Source: Deinococcales bacterium (GTDB lineage: Bacteria; Deinococcota; Deinococci; Deinococcales; JAAFIG01). Taken from it: 64,000 nt of DNA. The translations under genes and the position numbers were made by a program. Where the stretch lies: assembly GCA_043778225.1 (NCBI GenBank), contig JAYWGM010000052.1, positions 22,955-86,954 of the forward strand, written 5' to 3'. Shown here in pieces: positions 1 to 10,060 of the stretch. How positions within the stretch are numbered: position 1 is the first letter of the stretch; each line of letters opens with the position of its first letter. The notes beneath the pieces are model-generated. The model was not told where the DNA came from and ran no database searches. It saw nothing but the letters and a program-made list of their open reading frames with translations.

Positions 1-266
1 TAAAACAATTTTGGCAAAAGCACCCACACGCCAAAAGTCCACTTGTTGCTTGGTACAAACTTCTCCGCCGTAACCGTTACACCAATTTTAACGAACTACA
101 AGAACATTTCTCGAGTGCCGATTTGGTCAAACAACTGACTATTTTTGACCTTGGAGGCAACAAATATCGCCTAATCGCTTTTATTCGTTATACCGCCCAA
201 ACCATTTTTGTAAAACACATCCTGACCCACGAAGAATACAACGAATGGAACAAGCAAAAAAATTGA
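1..266 (+). CDS. higB: HigB-family type II toxin (5'-truncated at window edge; not in ORF track)
   Basis: Manual translation from nt 3: KQFWQKHPHAKSPLVAWYKLLRRNRYTNFNELQEHFSSADLVKQLTIFDLGGNKYRLIAFIRYTAQTIFVKHILTHEEYNEW; FDLGGNKYRLI and LTHEEY are HigB_toxin motifs; TGA at 264-266. Confidence 0.85.
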   Translation, partial: KQFWQKHPHAKSPLVAWYKLLRRNRYTNFNELQEHFSSADLVKQLTIFDLGGNKYRLIAFIRYTAQTIFVKHILTHEEYNEWNKQKN

Positions 267-273
267 GGAGACC

Positions 274-690
274 ATGCAAAGCGTTCAACAAATCACAACA
301 CAATGGGCTAAGGTTGCCAAAAACATCAATATCAAACGCCCAGAAACCCAACTCGAGTACGAGGCTTTACTCGAGTTGATAGACCATATTACCGATATTG
401 TTGAAGACCCCGAAAACAATCTTTACTCTGGATTATTAGACTTAGCCTTTATTTACACCCATGACTGGGAAGAACAGCACCAAAAAAACATCATCCCAGA
501 GGCAACACCACGCCAAATGCTTGGGCTACTGATGCAGCAAAAAAACCTTAAACAAACCGACCTCGAGAAAGCGGGTGTTGCAGACCAAGCCTTGTTGTCA
601 AATATCTTAAATGGCAAGCGCAAAATTAGTATTGCACTTGCCAAACGCCTGAGCCATTATTTTAAGGTCTCGAGTGAGTTATTTATTTAG
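274..690 (+). CDS. higA: HigA-family antitoxin (XRE HTH)
   Basis: C-terminal XRE HTH (LKQTDL...LSNILNGKRKISIALAKRLS); follows higB; GAGGAG RBS. Confidence 0.85.
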   Translation: MQSVQQITTQWAKVAKNINIKRPETQLEYEALLELIDHITDIVEDPENNLYSGLLDLAFIYTHDWEEQHQKNIIPEATPRQMLGLLMQQKNLKQTDLEKAGVADQALLSNILNGKRKISIALAKRLSHYFKVSSELFI

Positions 691-1498
691 CTTTAATGCC
701 TTCCACAGACAATAAATACAATTTTTGAAAGGTTGCAGTATCTTGTTCCCAAATCCGCCCGTCAGCTTCGGCAGCCGCTCGTTCAGACTCGAGCAACCAA
801 CCTTCCAAAACCAATTGATGACCTCGAGATGCAATAATACTGGTTTTAAGCGCTATTCGCCGAGCAAAATCGGGTTCGCCTCGAGTGCTGATTTCGTGCT
901 GTGGTGTGACAACAACATTGCTCAGACCAGCTTCCAAGAACAGTCCCTCGAGATGGTCAGCGATTTGGTTATCCATCCCAGCATTGGCTTTCCAAGCGTA
1001 GTACACGTCTAATGCCCGAGCCAAAGATTCTGGTGGTGCTGGGCGTAACTCGCCGCGCAGATGGTTGTAATCAAGTACCAACAGCGCACCACCTATTTTT
1101 AGGGCATTTATCATTTGCTGAACAGCTTTAATCGGATACTCGAGCCATTGCAGCACTCGAGCGCAGATAACCAAATCAAATTCAGTTTCAAAACCAAGGT
1201 TGTAAATATCAGCACTTACAAACTCAAGATTCGATACGTTCGCATGGGCAATTCTGGCTTTCTCGAGCATGGTATCGCTGACATCCGCACCAATGACAAA
1301 CCCTCGAGAACCCAATAAATCTGCTATCCCACGAGTAATCGCACCAGTCCCACAACCCATGTCCAGCACGCAAAGAAAAGGTTTTTGTGACTCGAGTAGA
1401 AAACTGTAAAGCCTCGAGAAATCAGTCTCTAAACTCCGCGCCTCGAGAATACCCGCCGTAGAAGCAGGCATCTCGGCACGTTGTTCTGCCAAACTCAA
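683..1498 (-). CDS. Class I SAM-dependent methyltransferase
   Basis: VLDMGCGTG motif I, ADVS, FDLV. Confidence 0.85.
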   Translation of the reverse strand: MSLAEQRAEMPASTAGILEARSLETDFSRLYSFLLESQKPFLCVLDMGCGTGAITRGIADLLGSRGFVIGADVSDTMLEKARIAHANVSNLEFVSADIYNLGFETEFDLVICARVLQWLEYPIKAVQQMINALKIGGALLVLDYNHLRGELRPAPPESLARALDVYYAWKANAGMDNQIADHLEGLFLEAGLSNVVVTPQHEISTRGEPDFARRIALKTSIIASRGHQLVLEGWLLESERAAAEADGRIWEQDTATFQKLYLLSVEGIKAK

Positions 1499-2529
1499 AG
1501 TAAAGCCAGTACAGCCTTGGTAAAATCACTCGAGCCAGCCGTTCCGCCCAAATCTCGTGTTGGATGACTAAACAAAGCCTGCCGCACGGCTTCTTCGATG
1601 ACTCGAGATAATTCAGGGCGCTTAAAACTGTACTCAAGCATCATCGCGGCACTTAAAATGGTGGCGGCTGGATTGGCAATGCCTTGTCCAGCAATATCTG
1701 GGGCAGAACCATGAATTGGTTCGTACAAGCCAATTTTATCGCCCAGACTGGCACTTGGCAGCAGCCCAAGGCTACCGGGCAGGACACTGGCAAGGTCAGA
1801 CAGAATATCGCCAAACAGATTCTCGGTCAGAATCACATCGTAACGCTTTGGGTTTTTGACCAGAATCATGGCGCAGGAATCCACATATTCGTGGGTTAGT
1901 TCGACATCTGGAAATTCGGTTTTTTGCACATGAACCACAATTCGCCGCCAGAATTCCGAAACCTCGAGAACATTGGCTTTATCCACACTGCATACTCGGT
2001 TTTGCCGTCCTCGAGCCGCCTGAAATGCCCAACGCGCCGCCCGTTCGACCTCGGCTGTGGTGTAACGAATGGTGTTAAAGCCGCCGCCTTCCTCGAGTCC
2101 ACGCGGCTCACCAAAATACGCCCCGCCAAGAAGTTCGCGCAAGATTAAAATATCCACGCCACTGGCAATTTCGGGCTTTAGGGGCGAAAGATGCTCTAAA
2201 CCCGCGTAAACTTTGCTCGGGCGCAGATTGGCATAGACTCCCAAGGCTTTACGCAGTTTCAGTAATCCCGATTCTGGACGCAATTCTCGAGCAATGTTAT
2301 CGGTACTTCCGGGCAGCCCACCGACTGAACCCATCAGCACTGCATCCGAATTTAATGCCGCCTCGAGAACTTCATCACCCAAGGGTTTACCGTATTTTTC
2401 TGTACCCGCCAGCCCAAAGGCATACTCGGCATACTCGAGGTCTGGCGCGAGTTTACTAAGCACTTCTAAAGCGCAACGGATAACTTCTGGACCAACACCA
2501 TCACCGGGAAGAACAACAACTTTTGGCAT
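1495..2529 (-). CDS. leuB: 3-isopropylmalate dehydrogenase
   Basis: [38 protein letters not shown]. Confidence 0.95.
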   Translation of the reverse strand: MPKVVVLPGDGVGPEVIRCALEVLSKLAPDLEYAEYAFGLAGTEKYGKPLGDEVLEAALNSDAVLMGSVGGLPGSTDNIARELRPESGLLKLRKALGVYANLRPSKVYAGLEHLSPLKPEIASGVDILILRELLGGAYFGEPRGLEEGGGFNTIRYTTAEVERAARWAFQAARGRQNRVCSVDKANVLEVSEFWRRIVVHVQKTEFPDVELTHEYVDSCAMILVKNPKRYDVILTENLFGDILSDLASVLPGSLGLLPSASLGDKIGLYEPIHGSAPDIAGQGIANPAATILSAAMMLEYSFKRPELSRVIEEAVRQALFSHPTRDLGGTAGSSDFTKAVLALL

Positions 2530-2567
2530 AAATAATTCACTCCTTCAAAAAATAGGACTGCGTGGTT

Positions 2568-3797
2568 TTAAGTGACTTTACTGCGCTGGGCAAATTCTGG
2601 GTTTTTCCATGTTTGGGCTTGCATAATCTGCTCGAGTATTAAAACGGCGTTCATCACATCTGCATGGCTGTTATAAAGCGGCGCAAAACCAAAGCGCACA
2701 ATATCTGGAGCGCGAAAATCGCCGACCACGCCAGCCGCAATTAGGGCTTGCATGATTTCATAACCGTGTGCGTGCGTATAGCTGACTTGCGAACCGCGCA
2801 GCCTTGGCTCGAGTGGCGTAACACAGGCAAAACCATAAACCTCGAGCGGCTGCATGGCGTTTATGAATAAATTGGTCAGGCTCAGGCTTTTGGCTCGAGC
2901 CTGCTCGATGCCAAATTCTTGCCAAAGCTCGAGCGCACCACTCAGGGCAGTCAGTGCCAGCACAGGTGGTGTTCCTGTGGTAAAACGCATGATATTTGGG
3001 GCTGGCGCATAGGCTGAATCGAAAGCAAACGGAGCAGCGTGTCCCATCCAACCAGACAGCACCGGTAGGGCAGCATTTTGGTGTTCTCGAGCCACAAAAA
3101 TAAAAGCAGGTGCGCCAGGTCCACCGTTGAGGTATTTGTAGCCACAGCCAATTGCAAAGTCGGCTTGGCAAGCATTTAATTCAACTGGAAATGCCCCAGC
3201 GCTGTGTGCCAAGTCCCAGATTGCCAATGCACCAACATCGTGCGCTCGAGTGGTTAGGCTTAACATATCGAGGCGTTCGCCAGTGCGGTAGTCCACTTCG
3301 GTTAAAAGTAAGACCGCCACATCATCGGTCAGGGCAGTCTCGAGGTCGGCACGTTTGACAAAGCGCAATTCGTAACGGTTCTCGAGCAAGGCGTTAATGC
3401 CCTGCGCCATGTATAAATCGGTTGGGAAATTATCAATGTCCGAAACAATCACACGCCGGTCGGTGCGCAGTGCCAAGGCTGCCAGCAAAACTTTAAAAAC
3501 ATTGATGCTGGTGCTGTCGCACGACACGACTTCATCGGGGTTTGCGCCAATTAAGGCTGCCAATTGCGCCCCAACCCGAGTTGGTAAATCAATCCAATGG
3601 TTGGTGTTCCAGCTTTGAATTAAGTCTTGTCCCCATTGGCGCTCGATAGCGTCGGCAACTCGAGCCGCAACGTGCTTGGGCAGTGCGCCAAGGCTGTTGC
3701 CGTCTAGGTAAATTTTGCCTTGGGGCAGAAAAAAACGGTCTCGAGCAAGGCGCAATGGGTCGGATAGGTCGAGGGCTTGGGCATCAAGGAGATTCAT
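2568..3797 (-). CDS. kynU: Kynureninase
   Basis: YLDGNSLG, WDLAHSAGA, GCGYKYLNGGPG (PLP lysine), RGSQVS. Confidence 0.95.
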   Translation of the reverse strand: MNLLDAQALDLSDPLRLARDRFFLPQGKIYLDGNSLGALPKHVAARVADAIERQWGQDLIQSWNTNHWIDLPTRVGAQLAALIGANPDEVVSCDSTSINVFKVLLAALALRTDRRVIVSDIDNFPTDLYMAQGINALLENRYELRFVKRADLETALTDDVAVLLLTEVDYRTGERLDMLSLTTRAHDVGALAIWDLAHSAGAFPVELNACQADFAIGCGYKYLNGGPGAPAFIFVAREHQNAALPVLSGWMGHAAPFAFDSAYAPAPNIMRFTTGTPPVLALTALSGALELWQEFGIEQARAKSLSLTNLFINAMQPLEVYGFACVTPLEPRLRGSQVSYTHAHGYEIMQALIAAGVVGDFRAPDIVRFGFAPLYNSHADVMNAVLILEQIMQAQTWKNPEFAQRSKVT

Positions 3798-4120
3798 CGG
3801 CGTTTGAGAATATCAGGTTTAGGCGGGGCTTGGTTAAACATTTCTTTTGCCGATTGGCGTGTCCAAATCATGGTCGCAATATAGGCTGGAATAAACAGCA
3901 TCAGTTGCCCCCAGACCGTGGCAAAAAAAGTAATTTTTAAGACTGCCGATAAAACAATCTGTAAAGCCAATGTGCCAACGAAGACCAGCAGCACTTTTGG
4001 CAAGGTGCGCCCTAAAACACCAAAGTATTTTTTCCAAGAAAAGGTATTCTTACTCGAGTCTTTAACGGCTTTTTCGTAGCCACGCCGAGCCAGTTTAATT
4101 TCGCGCCTTGTTTTACCCAT
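3794..4120 (-). CDS. Small hypothetical membrane protein
   Basis: Two hydrophobic segments; overlaps kynU start; TATATT 6 nt upstream of ATG. Confidence 0.65.
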   Translation of the reverse strand: MGKTRREIKLARRGYEKAVKDSSKNTFSWKKYFGVLGRTLPKVLLVFVGTLALQIVLSAVLKITFFATVWGQLMLFIPAYIATMIWTRQSAKEMFNQAPPKPDILKRR

Positions 4121-4158
4121 CTGGCGAATATACCAAAAGACTTGGTAGTCTAATAGTC

Positions 4159-4695
4159 ATGATTGCACTTTTGCCCGAACTCGAGACGATTCAAACCTTC
4201 GAGACCTACCCGAGCGCCCCAGAAATCGTTGGAGTTTGGGTGCATCCATTGCGTAAAAACCGCTCCGAAAACGGCTGGTTTATGGAATATGTGCGGGTCG
4301 AGGCTGGCAGTGTCCAGAATACGCCCACGCCGCTCGAGATTCGCCAAATCAGCGTCTCTTGTGCCGACCCAGAGCGGATTAACGCTTTTCATATCCACAC
4401 CAAACTCGAGCAAAACGAAATCTGGACAGTCATTAGCGGGCAATTGGTGGTTTGGCTGGTGGATTGTCGGGTGAGCAGCAGCACGGCTGGGGTGAAACGC
4501 AAATTTGTTTTAAGCGGCGAACAACCGATGCAGTTGTATATTCCGGCTGGGGTGGCGCATGGTTATCAGGCTGGATTGCACGGCGCAACGCTGTTATACT
4601 GCATGGATCAGCAATTTAATTTAGCCGACCCCAACGAAGGGCGCTTGCCGTGGGACCAATTTGGCGCAGACTTGTGGGAACAAAACAGAGGTTAA
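4159..4695 (+). CDS. dTDP-4-dehydrorhamnose 3,5-epimerase-family cupin
   Basis: GWFME, AFHIH, LVDCR, IPAGVAHGY; start moved to ATG 4159 (TAGTCT 7 nt upstream). Confidence 0.8.
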   Translation: MIALLPELETIQTFETYPSAPEIVGVWVHPLRKNRSENGWFMEYVRVEAGSVQNTPTPLEIRQISVSCADPERINAFHIHTKLEQNEIWTVISGQLVVWLVDCRVSSSTAGVKRKFVLSGEQPMQLYIPAGVAHGYQAGLHGATLLYCMDQQFNLADPNEGRLPWDQFGADLWEQNRG

Positions 4696-4840
4696 GCCCT
4701 AGTTACTCGAGCCAAAAGTTGTGGTTTGAGTCGAGAAACGAATTAAGGAACGACAGCTATGGCTGGCATTGTTTTGGACACGATAAAGTCTTTTTGTGGT
4801 GTCCCTCGAGTTTTAGGCTCGAGGGATTGGACTTAGCCGA

Positions 4841-6526
4841 TTATGGCTTGAAAAGCGCAACTCGGTAATTACCACCAAAATTCTCAGAATTATAGACATT
4901 AACCAAGACAGAACCATCATCACTGATGCCGATTGCCTCGAGAATTGTGTAGTTTGGAACAATAATTCGGGTGTATGCACCGTTTTTATACAACCAATAC
5001 TGATAATCGGTACTCGAGGCGAGTCCAGTAGCTCGGAGCAAGACATCACCGTTGTTGTTGACATCGAGAAGCCTCATGTCCGAGTCTTGGATTGGTCCAG
5101 GTACTGTGCCGAGTAGCGTGAGCGCCGCATCGCCCTCGTTCCACTTAAATAGTTGCTGACCATTCAAACCATAGACCGTTCCAGCGTTGGTTAAACCCGA
5201 ACCAAACGTCGAAGTCCTAGGAGTCGGAATAAAATTTGTACCTTTTAGAATACCGTCTGGAAAAAGGACTGTTCCCGAATTATTGATGCCCAGCGCTCTA
5301 TATCCGATGACGCTGTTCGGTGTTTGCCGTGAGAGTTGAGTCGCACTGGCATCGTTGGTTTGCCATCTGAAATGTTTTCCTCCATTTCTAATTTCAGAGG
5401 CAACAACTTGTTTTGCATCATTGCAGCCAAAGACAAAAGTCTCGTCTGCAAAAGGAATTTCGCTGATGCTGTTGGCTGTTGCGTCGTAAAACAAGGCGTG
5501 ATTGATGCGCCCTGTCTTGTACGCCATGTAAGCAACATCACCGTTTGAATTGATACAAGGTTGTGCGTATACATCATACGAAATACTTGTGTAACCACTT
5601 GGCAAGGCGGGTAAAGCCGTAGTTGTTGTTCCACCGTAAACAAACCCAAACTGATTTCCTGTAACTAAGGTATCTACAGTCGTAAAGAACACGCGCCCAT
5701 TGGCACTGATTGCCTTACCTCGAGCCGATGGATTGGTAGAAACAAACGTCACACCGCCACCACTTGGGGCAGCCGTGACCGTGACCGCCACAGCATTTGA
5801 AGTCATCCCACCACTGCTGGCAGTGATGTTGCTCGAGCCTGCCGCTACGCCTGTTACGATGCCAGTACCAGAGACAGTCGCTTTAGCCGTGTCGCTCGAG
5901 GCGAAGGTAAAGACTGGTTGTGTGGCTAACGCCACATTGCTCGAGTCCTTACCAACAGCAGTACAAGTGCTTGTGGCAGCCACGGCAATACTTGTTGGGG
6001 TACAAGTCAAGGCAATACTCGAGAGTGTTGCAACTGGTGATGTGTTCGGTACAACCAAAGTGTACGTGCCGTAACCCGGAATGCTGATGGTGACAGTATT
6101 GGTGCTGGTATCGAAGGTGTAGGTGATGGTTGTCCAAGTTGTGCCGTTTAATTGCAATGCCACGACTTGAGAAATAACGGCTTGAGGGTGCAGATTTCTT
6201 AAACCTAAAGCCGCAATTTCGTTTGGCTCGAGTTTAATTTTAAGGCTGGCATTACTGGCAAAGTTACCGATGCCTCCGCCAACCACAAAGGTTTTTCCTG
6301 CCACGATTTTTTGGTTAGTTGGCACGGCTGGTGGGCTGGTGTTTTCGGTGATGGTTACAGTTGTATCTGTGGTTAGCGCACCGGCTGGGAAAGTGGCACT
6401 GGCAACACCATTGCTCGAGGTAGCAGTTCCACCGCTCGAGCCAATCACTGTGCCTGTGGGTTGTGGCTGTGGACACGCCACCAATACCGCCGAAAGTAAC
6501 GCGCCAAACAAAAAAAATCTTTTCAT
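4841..6526 (-). CDS. Secreted lipoprotein: ZU5-like domain, Ig-like (Big_2) domain, C-terminal beta-propeller-like repeats
   Basis: Lipobox LVAC; FPAGAL...TVTIT; FASSDTAKATVSGTGIVTGVAAGSSNITAS; repeated INxxG motifs. Confidence 0.7.
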   Translation of the reverse strand: MKRFFLFGALLSAVLVACPQPQPTGTVIGSSGGTATSSNGVASATFPAGALTTDTTVTITENTSPPAVPTNQKIVAGKTFVVGGGIGNFASNASLKIKLEPNEIAALGLRNLHPQAVISQVVALQLNGTTWTTITYTFDTSTNTVTISIPGYGTYTLVVPNTSPVATLSSIALTCTPTSIAVAATSTCTAVGKDSSNVALATQPVFTFASSDTAKATVSGTGIVTGVAAGSSNITASSGGMTSNAVAVTVTAAPSGGGVTFVSTNPSARGKAISANGRVFFTTVDTLVTGNQFGFVYGGTTTTALPALPSGYTSISYDVYAQPCINSNGDVAYMAYKTGRINHALFYDATANSISEIPFADETFVFGCNDAKQVVASEIRNGGKHFRWQTNDASATQLSRQTPNSVIGYRALGINNSGTVLFPDGILKGTNFIPTPRTSTFGSGLTNAGTVYGLNGQQLFKWNEGDAALTLLGTVPGPIQDSDMRLLDVNNNGDVLLRATGLASSTDYQYWLYKNGAYTRIIVPNYTILEAIGISDDGSVLVNVYNSENFGGNYRVALFKP

Positions 6527-6565
6527 ACCAGCCTCCGTGGTCTCGAGCCTCGAGAACCTTTAAGC

Positions 6566-6598
6566 AGTCTAAGAAAAGGGCGTTACAGTTGGCGTAAC
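6566..6598 (-). promoter_or_regulatory. Putative SARP-type activator site and -10 box of the lipoprotein gene
   Basis: Minus strand GTTACGCC-aact-GTAACGCC direct repeat ending 7 nt upstream of TAGACT. Confidence 0.5.
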
Positions 6599-6625
6599 AA
6601 ATATATTTTTATTGTGCCTGACGAA

Positions 6626-9600
6626 TTATCTGGCAGCCGTCAATCTACCAAACTCAACTGGGATTTCACCGATTTCACGTTCAAAAGTTTGCTTTGCCCG
6701 CTCGAGTGTCTGGGAGGTACGAAAAACATCATCGGCAATCACTTCAAGAAATCGCTCAAGAATCCCAATGTCGAGCGGCTCGAGGTGATGCAGTTTCTCG
6801 AGCAAATTGGCATTGGGTGTTTCAAAACTGGTTTTGAGGACTGTATCCCTAAAACTCTGCCAGAGTTGAGCGCGAATAATCTCGGCTTCGGGGACATCTA
6901 TGCCCTTTAAGAAACTGCCTTTATACCAACCCAAAGCCGCATCAAAATCGAGGCGCTCGAGGGCAGCCAAGAAAAACACAACATCGGCTTTGAGGTTCTG
7001 TAATTCGTACCTGCCATGCTGGTTATCAATCGTGGTGGCATCACCAAGGGCATCGCGCAGTCGTTTGATATTGACCCGAAATTTACCTTCGCTGGTGTGG
7101 CTGCTTTCTTCTTGCCAAAGTGCATCAATCAGTTCGGCTTTGGCAATACTTGGTCCGTCTTCGCGCAAGTAGGCAACCAGCAGCATGGCGAGTAAATCAC
7201 GGACTTTTGAGGCTCGCCAAGGTGTGGCAATACCGTCTTGCTCGAGTCCAAAGACACCAAAGGTGCGTAAGTACGAATTGGCAATCTGAGTGTCGAAATG
7301 CACTTTAGGTTCTTGAAAAAACAGCATGGCTTGCGGGAATAATCTTTCCAGAACAATCAAATGCCCACCAGCCTGTTGGCTGTGCAGCACCCCAAGGGCT
7401 TCTTTGGCTTGGGTTTGCAGCAAATCGGCTTGATTTAAGTACCAATAAATAATGGCTTTTGCCAACTGCATTTCGGCTTTCTGGCAGGCATTACCAAGTG
7501 TGGCACTGTGTTCTAATGCCCTCACATTATGTTCAAGGGCTGTTTGGAATTGTTCTAAACCCAAGTAGACCAAAGCCAGACGGTGATGATGGTCGGCTAA
7601 ACGGTCTGGTGGATAGCTAGAGACGGGCGCATCGGACAGAATTTTTAGCGCCGCCTCGAATTGCCCAATGTTTAAGTTCATTTCAGCCGCCTGTAAATGC
7701 CAGCTATAGAGTTTATCGGGTTCTAAAGCGAGGTCTGAAGCAAAAAATGCTTTAACGGCAGCAACATTACCCAAAGTTGATTCTGTCCAGGCTTGAAAAA
7801 ATTTAGCATTCCCAACTTGGATTGGCTTATTGATTTTTTCAAACAACTCGATGCTACGAGCAAGATAAGCCCGACCAGAGCTTGATTTTGACATTGCAAA
7901 TTCAGCCGCACTGGCGATGTAATAGGCGTGGGCGATTTGCAAACCATCTTGTGTGGCTTGGGCATAACGCAATCCCTGAGCAAACATCTGACTGGCTTTT
8001 GGGTAACTGCCCTGTGATAAATAAATCAAACCAAAGTCGTTGTGCATTTCGGCTAAACGCACCACCATGCCTAGTTCTCGAGCCAAAGCAATGGCTTCCT
8101 GCATTAAAGGCGCAGCTTGTTCGTGGTCTTGGGTGGCAGCTAAAGCTGCACTTTTTTTACTTAAAACCAGCATTAAATAGCGTGGGGTGGGACACTGCCT
8201 TGCCCAAATTTCGGCTTGCTCGAGAACTTCTAAAACCTTTTTTGGCTGGTCTTGGTAGTAATAAAAACGATTCCATTCAAACAGCAGTAACGTCTGGTCT
8301 ATCGCATCGGTGGCAACCAGGGTTTTTAGAATCTCCTCGGCTTGTAAAAACTGCCCTTGGTTAATCTGAAATCGCGCCAAATGAAAGCCGATGCGACTGC
8401 GAATTGGTTCTGGGTATTTGAGAAACCCAGTTTGAGCAAAATCAAACGCCTCTTGCGGTTTTCCAACAAAATCAAGGGCGTAAATACGGTGCAATGCAAC
8501 ATCGGCTGAATCATCGTTTTGGGTTTCCTCGAGAACCACATCGAACTTGCCCAGTTCACGAAGCGACTCGAGATACGCCAGACGAACCGCTTTATCTGGT
8601 TGGTGCTGCAATAAAAATTGCGCCTCGAGGACAACTTCTTCATGGTCATAACTGGCTTTGGCATCGTGCAGCGCCAACCTCGACCATTCGATTGCTTTGG
8701 GATGATTGGCTGCCCGTGCATGATGCGCTTTTTCGGTATTTGAAGCAACGACATCAACTATTTTTAAGTGAAGCTTTTCTAATTCTGCTGCTCCCAATTG
8801 CGCCCGTACAAGCGGCGCAAATAACGGATGTGCCACAGCAAAGACCGTTTGACCCAAACTCAGAGCCTCACGCACTAAACCAAGGTACTCGAGTCTGGTT
8901 GCGATTTCTAGTAAATCGTGAGTTGGCACAGCCAAAATTTTTGAGAGGTCGGATAAGCTCACTTGGCGATTGAGGACACAAATGCCACAAAGTACCATCC
9001 AAAGCCGTGAATCACGTTTGGCATTGGCAATTCGAGCGTTCAGCACCGCCTCGAGATTTGGCGGTAGACTTTTGCCTTTTGGAACTTCAAAAACCCAACT
9101 GATTCCAAGGTCTTTTAATGCCCCGCCATCGCGCAAAAAACGCAGCAACTCGAGGGTATACAGCGGATGACCTTCGGCTCGAGCCATCAGCCATGTGGCT
9201 AGAGCCTCGGGGAAGGCTGGGCTGTTCAAATGGCTTTGCAGTAAATCATGCACCCCAAGCTGGTTCAGTCTTGATAAAACCAAGCGCTGCGGCGCGACTG
9301 CATTTTCGAGCAGCACCGAATCTTGGATAAACCCCTCGAGAAAGTTAATTTGGCTTGGTCGGGCTGAAATCACAAAAAGCACAGGCGCACGCCCCAGCAA
9401 TGCCCGACGATACAACGCCCGAACCCCAGCAAAATCAGCGGCACTAACCTCGTGGGCATCCTCGAGCAACAGCACCAAACCACCGCATCGGTGGGCTAAA
9501 CGTTCAAAAGCCAATGCTACGGCATTCCACAATGCCAATTGGTCGGGCAGCACCACGGCTTGCGCCACTCGCGCCCAAGGTAGTTCTGGCACAAGCCGAC

Positions 9601-9862
9601 GTGCCGCCTCGATAAAAGCGGGGTCGCGCTCGGATTCCAACGCCAGAAAACAATGCCGCAATGCCTGAGCTAACCAGCCATCAGGTGAACAAGAAAGTAC
9701 CAAACCAGTTTTAATTTGGGTCGCAAAACCACGCAAGGCATGGCTTTTACCAATTCCTGCCTCCCCCTCGAGCAGCAGCATCTGCGTCTGACCACGGGCA
9801 GAGGCTGCCAACGCCGAATGCAGACCGCTCAGAACTTCGGAATTGGTATTCTCAAAAAGCAT
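6626..9862 (-). CDS. STAND/AAA_16 ATPase-TPR transcriptional regulator with C-terminal wHTH/BTAD (SARP-like) module
   Basis: Walker A GEAGIGKS, Walker B LLLEDAH, GHPLY, TPR-like helices, C-terminal LRTFG...LLAMLL...LIDALW...LRDALG...WYKGSFL; start 9862 has TATCAT 6 nt upstream. Confidence 0.8.
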   Translation of the reverse strand: MLFENTNSEVLSGLHSALAASARGQTQMLLLEGEAGIGKSHALRGFATQIKTGLVLSCSPDGWLAQALRHCFLALESERDPAFIEAARRLVPELPWARVAQAVVLPDQLALWNAVALAFERLAHRCGGLVLLLEDAHEVSAADFAGVRALYRRALLGRAPVLFVISARPSQINFLEGFIQDSVLLENAVAPQRLVLSRLNQLGVHDLLQSHLNSPAFPEALATWLMARAEGHPLYTLELLRFLRDGGALKDLGISWVFEVPKGKSLPPNLEAVLNARIANAKRDSRLWMVLCGICVLNRQVSLSDLSKILAVPTHDLLEIATRLEYLGLVREALSLGQTVFAVAHPLFAPLVRAQLGAAELEKLHLKIVDVVASNTEKAHHARAANHPKAIEWSRLALHDAKASYDHEEVVLEAQFLLQHQPDKAVRLAYLESLRELGKFDVVLEETQNDDSADVALHRIYALDFVGKPQEAFDFAQTGFLKYPEPIRSRIGFHLARFQINQGQFLQAEEILKTLVATDAIDQTLLLFEWNRFYYYQDQPKKVLEVLEQAEIWARQCPTPRYLMLVLSKKSAALAATQDHEQAAPLMQEAIALARELGMVVRLAEMHNDFGLIYLSQGSYPKASQMFAQGLRYAQATQDGLQIAHAYYIASAAEFAMSKSSSGRAYLARSIELFEKINKPIQVGNAKFFQAWTESTLGNVAAVKAFFASDLALEPDKLYSWHLQAAEMNLNIGQFEAALKILSDAPVSSYPPDRLADHHHRLALVYLGLEQFQTALEHNVRALEHSATLGNACQKAEMQLAKAIIYWYLNQADLLQTQAKEALGVLHSQQAGGHLIVLERLFPQAMLFFQEPKVHFDTQIANSYLRTFGVFGLEQDGIATPWRASKVRDLLAMLLVAYLREDGPSIAKAELIDALWQEESSHTSEGKFRVNIKRLRDALGDATTIDNQHGRYELQNLKADVVFFLAALERLDFDAALGWYKGSFLKGIDVPEAEIIRAQLWQSFRDTVLKTSFETPNANLLEKLHHLEPLDIGILERFLEVIADDVFRTSQTLERAKQTFEREIGEIPVEFGRLTAAR

Positions 9863-9916
9863 AAAAACATGATAGCCCAAAACTTGATCTTAAAAATTAA
9901 AAAGCAAAAATAAGCC

Positions 9917-9946
9917 TTGACGTGATATACCCAAAGGTGTTACCCT
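9917..9946 (+). promoter_or_regulatory. Sigma70-type promoter of asd leader
   Basis: TTGACG (9917-9922) and extended -10 TGtTACCCT (hexamer 9941-9946); predicted +1 falls at the leader GTG. Confidence 0.6.
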
Positions 9947-9952
9947 TCCAGC

Positions 9953-9985
9953 GTGAATTTTACGAACACCACCACAACCATTTAG
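9953..9985 (+). CDS. Thr-rich attenuator leader peptide MNFTNTTTTI (ThrL-like)
   Basis: GTG AAT TTT ACG AAC ACC ACC ACA ACC ATT TAG: 5 Thr + 1 Ile in 10 codons, directly upstream of hairpins and asd. Confidence 0.75.
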   Translation: MNFTNTTTTI

Positions 9986-10012
9986 CGACAAGCGCCCAAC
10001 CGCCTGTCGCTT

Positions 10013-10039
10013 CCCGCCATCCCTAAAGGCGGGTTTTTT
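10013..10039 (+). terminator. Attenuator intrinsic terminator upstream of asd
   Basis: CCCGCC-atccctaaa-GGCGGG-TTTTTT. Confidence 0.8.
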
Positions 10040-10060
10040 ATTGAGTCAAAAGGAGAAACC

